Part shown: positions 28,453 through 32,354 of the stretch, piece after piece
Numbering within the stretch: position 1 is the first letter of the stretch
How the letters are laid out: the number at the start of each line of letters is the position of its first letter
Assembly (NCBI GenBank): GCA_009700365.1
Contig: WLME01000001.1
Coordinates: 1-32,354, forward strand
Source of the DNA: Actinomycetota bacterium
Lineage (GTDB): Bacteria; Actinomycetota; Actinomycetes; Nanopelagicales; Nanopelagicaceae
Length of the DNA stretch: 32,354 nt
Direction: 5' to 3'
The notes under the pieces: generated by a model
Databases searched by the model: none
Told to the model about the DNA's origin: nothing
The model's input: only the letters and a program-made list of their open reading frames with translations
Position numbers and translations under genes: made by a program

Positions 28453-28941
28453 CTAATTATCAGCGTTGAGCTGAGAAAGAATATCTTTATCGTCAGCGCC
28501 TTCGAGGCGTTGACGACCACGTGCAACGGCATCCATCGTCTTATTGAGGATTACTTCAAGAGTTGCAAGGCGTCCATCAATATATGTCTCAACCTCACGG
28601 CGCTCATCTTCGGCAATTTCGCGAGCTTCATGAAGGATCCGTTGTGCTTCATCACGCGCGGCTTGCACGATAGAAGTCTGTTCGACCATACGAGCAACAT
28701 CTTCGCGAGCAGAGGCGATCATTGATTCAGCGCTCATGCGACCTTCTTCAATGATGCGCTCTTTATCAGCGATGATTGATTCGGCTCCTTCTAAATCTGA
28801 CGGCAGGAAGTCGCGAGCTCCTTCGAGGATCTCGAGCATCTCGCCACGATGGACTACGCATGAGGCAGAGAGTGGAACTCCTCGGGCTTCTTCAACAACT
28901 GCAATTGCTGTATTGAGTTTCTCAATCGAATCCATTGTCAT
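28453..28941 (-). CDS. sepIVA: DivIVA-like coiled-coil protein (SepIVA family)
   Basis: VEEARGVPLSASCVV N-terminus, Ala/Glu/Arg coiled coil; conserved position between coaD and yceD. Confidence 0.75.
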   Translation of the reverse strand: MTMDSIEKLNTAIAVVEEARGVPLSASCVVHRGEMLEILEGARDFLPSDLEGAESIIADKERIIEEGRMSAESMIASAREDVARMVEQTSIVQAARDEAQRILHEAREIAEDERREVETYIDGRLATLEVILNKTMDAVARGRQRLEGADDKDILSQLNADN

Positions 28942-29420
28942 TTCTGTTCTCCTGCTCTAGCTCGTAACGCTTCATGGACATTTGCTGGAACCATCGATGA
29001 GACATCTCCACCGTAATGTGCGAGCTCCTTAACAATTGATGATGATAAGAATGAGTGTGCGGGAGAAGTGGCCATGAACATTGTCTCTACACCCGATGCC
29101 TGGATATGAACCTGTGCCATCTGCATTTCGTAATCAAAGTCAGTGACTGCGCGGAGTCCCTTAACGATTGCTTGTGCGCCATTCTTCTTGCAATATTCGA
29201 CGAGTAAGCCGCTGCCAGAATCAACGCGGACATTGGGAAATTTCTTCACATTCTCACTGATCATCTTCATGCGTTCTTCGACTGAGAAGAGCCCGGATTT
29301 ATTACGATTGACGAAGACTGCGACAATCACTTCATCAAATTGCCCACTGGCGCGCTCGATGATGTCGAGGTGGCCAAAGGTGATGGGATCGAAGGAGCCC
29401 GGGCACACTGCGCGTTTCAT
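28938..29420 (-). CDS. coaD: Phosphopantetheine adenylyltransferase
   Basis: CPGSFDPITFGH, KGLR, DFDYEMQMA, LSSSIVKE; start reassigned to ATG 29420. Confidence 0.97.
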   Translation of the reverse strand: MKRAVCPGSFDPITFGHLDIIERASGQFDEVIVAVFVNRNKSGLFSVEERMKMISENVKKFPNVRVDSGSGLLVEYCKKNGAQAIVKGLRAVTDFDYEMQMAQVHIQASGVETMFMATSPAHSFLSSSIVKELAHYGGDVSSMVPANVHEALRARAGEQK

Positions 29421-29427
29421 GGTGCAA

Positions 29428-29433
29428 ACGCTA
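29428..29433 (-). promoter_or_regulatory. Putative -10 element TAGCGT, leaderless coaD promoter
   Basis: TANNNT 7 nt upstream of ATG 29420. Confidence 0.55.
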
Positions 29434-29449
29434 GCAATGATTGCTGAGG

Positions 29450-30040
29450 TTATCCATTTTCCCCATCTACACGCGTAGGAACTCCATAAAAAATTGTTGC
29501 CTGCCCGTATTTCTTTTGACGCACTTCTTCGAGTCCTTCGGGCCATGAAATCTCTTTCACGCGACTATTGCGTTCGATTGCAATAAGAGCCTGTTGATCG
29601 ATAAAGCCACCATCGCGCAATTGAATAAGTGTTTCAATGACATCAACGTCATCAACTTCATACGGTGGATCGATATAAATGAAGTGATAAGGCTGCGCGG
29701 CCTTATCTTCGAGGAAGCGATGAACGTGCATTGAGTACAGATGGAAAATTCCGGGACATCCCGCACTCTTGAGATTCTCCAAATTACTTGCGATTGCCTT
29801 GGCGGCAAAATCATCTTTCTCGACCGCATGAACGAGCGCTGCTCCACGCGAAAGCGCTTCAAGTGCAATTGCACCTGTTCCTGCATAGAGATCTAAAACA
29901 TTAAGTCCATCAAATTCCCCGAACTCAGATGTCAACGTTGAAAAGAGCGCTTCGCGTGCTCGATCTGATGTGGGGCGAGTCGACGATGCCACTGCATCGA
30001 TAGAACGTCCTTTAGCAAGGCCAGCGATAATTCTCATCAT
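29450..30040 (-). CDS. rsmD: 16S rRNA (guanine966-N2)-methyltransferase
   Basis: MRIIAG, TRPTSDRAREALF, LDLYAGTG, EALSRGA, DPPY. Confidence 0.95.
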   Translation of the reverse strand: MMRIIAGLAKGRSIDAVASSTRPTSDRAREALFSTLTSEFGEFDGLNVLDLYAGTGAIALEALSRGAALVHAVEKDDFAAKAIASNLENLKSAGCPGIFHLYSMHVHRFLEDKAAQPYHFIYIDPPYEVDDVDVIETLIQLRDGGFIDQQALIAIERNSRVKEISWPEGLEEVRQKKYGQATIFYGVPTRVDGENG

Positions 30041-32205
30041 TAAGCCTTATCTATATATTCAGAAGCTGCATCCGCTTGAATGTCTGCAAGCTCTGTCGCT
30101 AAAAGTGGGAACTGTGAAAGTCCTAATTCGAGAATTATAGATGCATCTTCACGTGCCTGCTCAATCATCGATTCGTCCCTAAGAACTCGCAGCAATCGCA
30201 GGTGTGAACGCCCTCCTGATTGGCTAACACCTAATACATCTCCTTCGCGTCTTTGCTCGAGATCTATGCGAGAGAGTTCAAATCCATCGAGAGTTCCAGC
30301 AACTGCATCTAGTCGCTCTCGTGCTGATGTCTCTGCCGGGGCACTTGTGACAAGTAGACAGAGACCTGGGGATGTTCCACGACCAACGCGACCACGCAGC
30401 TGGTGCAACTGAGAAACACCGAAGCGATCGGCATCCATAATGACCATCACTGTTGCATTCGGAACATCGACTCCGACTTCGATGACAGTTGTTGAGATCA
30501 AGACATCAATTTCTTTATCCGTAAATGCTCTCATCGTTGAATCTTTGAGCTCTGCACTCTGTCGGCCATGGAGTGGTGCCACCTTTACGGTTTTGAGTGC
30601 TCCTCCAGAGAGAAGTGGCCCAAGCTCTTCGACAGAAGCAATCTCTGTACTGCTCTCTCCCATGAGGAAATCAATATCAGAATCTTCAGGAGTTCCTGCA
30701 GAAATTCGCGGAGCAACGATGTATGCCTGATGTCCCTGTGAGACTTCTTCGGTGATTCGCTCCCATGCTCGCTCTAAGAAACCTGGTTTCTCGAGAACAG
30801 GGATTACATGCGTTGTGATGGGTTGTCGACCCAATGGCAATTCGCGCAACGTTGATACATCGAGATCTCCGAAGACGGTCATTGCAACAGTTCTAGGAAT
30901 TGGAGTCGCTGTCATCACAAGAAGATGTGGAGGATTCTGCGCCTTGCTCTTGAGAGCATCGCGTTGTTCGACACCAAAGCGATGTTGTTCATCGACAACG
31001 ATGAGACCTAGATCGTTAAATGCAACGCTCTCACCCAAGAGAGCATGGGTTCCAATCACAATTCCTGCAGCACCCGATGCAGCAAGTGCAAGTGCATCCT
31101 TTCGTGCAGCTGCACTTTGTGAGCCTGTAATGAGAGTTACTTGTGTCGCGATATCTGAGCCACCGAGCATGCCGCCTTGTGAAAGAGGACCGAGAAGTTT
31201 TTCAATAGTGCGAAGGTGTTGGGCAGCAAGTACTTCGGTAGGTGCAAGAAGGGCTGCTTGTCCCCCGTTATCAATGACGGACAACATTGCGCGCAGCGCC
31301 ACAACAGTCTTACCTGAACCAACTTCACCTTGCAGCAAGCGATGCATAGGGTGCGGTTGCGCCACATCATCGGCGATTTCCTTTGCAACTTCTTTCTGGC
31401 CCGCAGTAAGTTCGTAGGGAAGAGATGCATCGAGTGCATCGAGTAGCCCACCGCTGCGTGCAGGTCTTGCCACTGCATCGAGATTTTTGAGTTCTTTCCG
31501 CCTTGTTAAAAGAAGCAATTGCAAGAGGAATGCTTCATCGTATGTGATGCGTTGGCGCGCTTTCTCGGCAGTATCGAGATCTACTGGATTGTGAAGTTGC
31601 ACAATTGCTTGATGCAGAGTCGGATAGCCATATTTTTCACGTATGGATTCGGGCAAGAAATCTGGAACTTCATCGAGGGCGCCTACTGCTAATTCAATGC
31701 ACTGAGCAATCTTCCACGATGGCAACTTTGCACTTGCCGGATACATAGGCAGATACTTGCCAGCAAAACTTTCGACAGCCGCATCAACATCATTGCCATC
31801 TGCAATGAGCTCATAATCTGGGTGGGCCAGTTGTCTTTTCCCGTTGAAGACGCCAACTTTGCCTGCGAAGAGACCTTGTTTACCGACCTTGAGCTCTTTC
31901 TCGCGCCAGGCTTGGTTGAAGAAGGTGAGCGATAACTTCGCTGATCCATCGGTGACGATTACTTCGAGAATATTTCCTTTACGGCCCTGCAATCTGCGGC
32001 TAGATGCGCTAAAGATTTCAGCGAGAATTGTTACCTCATCGCCTTCATTGAGCTCTGAAATATTGGAAAGCTCGCCACGTACTAAATACCTGCGAGGGTA
32101 GTGATGGAGTAAATCTCCAACGGTTGTATAGCCAAATAAATCTTTCAGCACTTTTGTAGTGCGATCACCCAGGACTCCGACGAGTTTGGAATCAAGGGTG
32201 GCCAT
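30040..32205 (-). CDS. recG: ATP-dependent DNA helicase RecG
   Basis: RLLQGEVGSGKT, DEQHRFG, MTATPIPRT, QLHQLRGRVGRG, wedge OB-fold. Confidence 0.98.
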   Translation of the reverse strand: MATLDSKLVGVLGDRTTKVLKDLFGYTTVGDLLHHYPRRYLVRGELSNISELNEGDEVTILAEIFSASSRRLQGRKGNILEVIVTDGSAKLSLTFFNQAWREKELKVGKQGLFAGKVGVFNGKRQLAHPDYELIADGNDVDAAVESFAGKYLPMYPASAKLPSWKIAQCIELAVGALDEVPDFLPESIREKYGYPTLHQAIVQLHNPVDLDTAEKARQRITYDEAFLLQLLLLTRRKELKNLDAVARPARSGGLLDALDASLPYELTAGQKEVAKEIADDVAQPHPMHRLLQGEVGSGKTVVALRAMLSVIDNGGQAALLAPTEVLAAQHLRTIEKLLGPLSQGGMLGGSDIATQVTLITGSQSAAARKDALALAASGAAGIVIGTHALLGESVAFNDLGLIVVDEQHRFGVEQRDALKSKAQNPPHLLVMTATPIPRTVAMTVFGDLDVSTLRELPLGRQPITTHVIPVLEKPGFLERAWERITEEVSQGHQAYIVAPRISAGTPEDSDIDFLMGESSTEIASVEELGPLLSGGALKTVKVAPLHGRQSAELKDSTMRAFTDKEIDVLISTTVIEVGVDVPNATVMVIMDADRFGVSQLHQLRGRVGRGTSPGLCLLVTSAPAETSARERLDAVAGTLDGFELSRIDLEQRREGDVLGVSQSGGRSHLRLLRVLRDESMIEQAREDASIILELGLSQFPLLATELADIQADAASEYIDKA

Positions 32206-32288
32206 GGCGTTATTCTCTCCTTACAAGTGCTCACTCGACCTTACTTTTCGCATGGATTTTGGCGGATTCGCCCTATCCCGCCCCCTAT

Positions 32289-32342
32289 TGCTACCCTTAC
32301 GCCCTGTTCCTCGTAGGAACGAGAATTCTTTAGATCTAAGGA
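32289..32342 (+). promoter_or_regulatory. Divergent promoter (TGn-TACCCT) and SD (AAGGA) of a gene starting at or just beyond the window edge, probably rpmB
   Basis: Extended -10 at 32289-32297, hairpin 32306-32323, AAGGA 32338-32342; gene identity inferred from synteny only. Confidence 0.4.
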
Positions 32343-32354
32343 ATTTGTAATCTA

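Noticed and set aside
30752-31417. 221-aa plus-strand ORF (also 21247-21894, 16988-17497, 24595-25167, 3157-3621 and others)
   Set aside because: These are antisense shadows of well-conserved genes (recG, amtB, ffh, smc, acnA). They are Ser/Pro/Ala/Arg-rich with no recognisable motif.

Overview
Gene-dense housekeeping region of a streamlined actinobacterium with moderate GC and tiny or overlapping intergenic spacers. The most likely source is a freshwater acI / Ca. Nanopelagicales (Planktophila-like) genome; this is an inference from gene content and compaction. Almost all genes are on the minus strand. In transcription order they are recG, rsmD, coaD, sepIVA-like, yceD(DUF177), rpmF, rnc, smc, ftsY, amtB-glnK-glnD, ffh, rpsP-khpA-rimM-trmD, a diiron acyl-ACP desaturase-family gene, miaB-miaA-dapF-hflX, DUF4193, hotdog thioesterase-dut-DUF3159, a TRAM RNA methyltransferase, acnA and dxs (truncated by the window edge). 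Two trkA-like genes and DUF3093 are on the plus strand. I found no mobile element, CRISPR array, tRNA/rRNA or defence island, and no clearly novel multi-gene system. The interesting signals are mostly regulatory: (1) rnc has no ATG/GTG/TTG before its catalytic signature and appears to start at CTG; (2) a perfect 18-bp palindrome at the acnA promoter (TamR/UrtR-like); (3) an FtsR-like MerR site upstream of smc; (4) a two-hairpin structured leader before rpsP; (5) GlnR boxes before amtB; (6) at least ten genes with a TANNNT hexamer 6-7 nt before the start codon, suggesting leaderless mRNAs; (7) a ferritin-like diiron enzyme placed between three tRNA position-37 modification genes.
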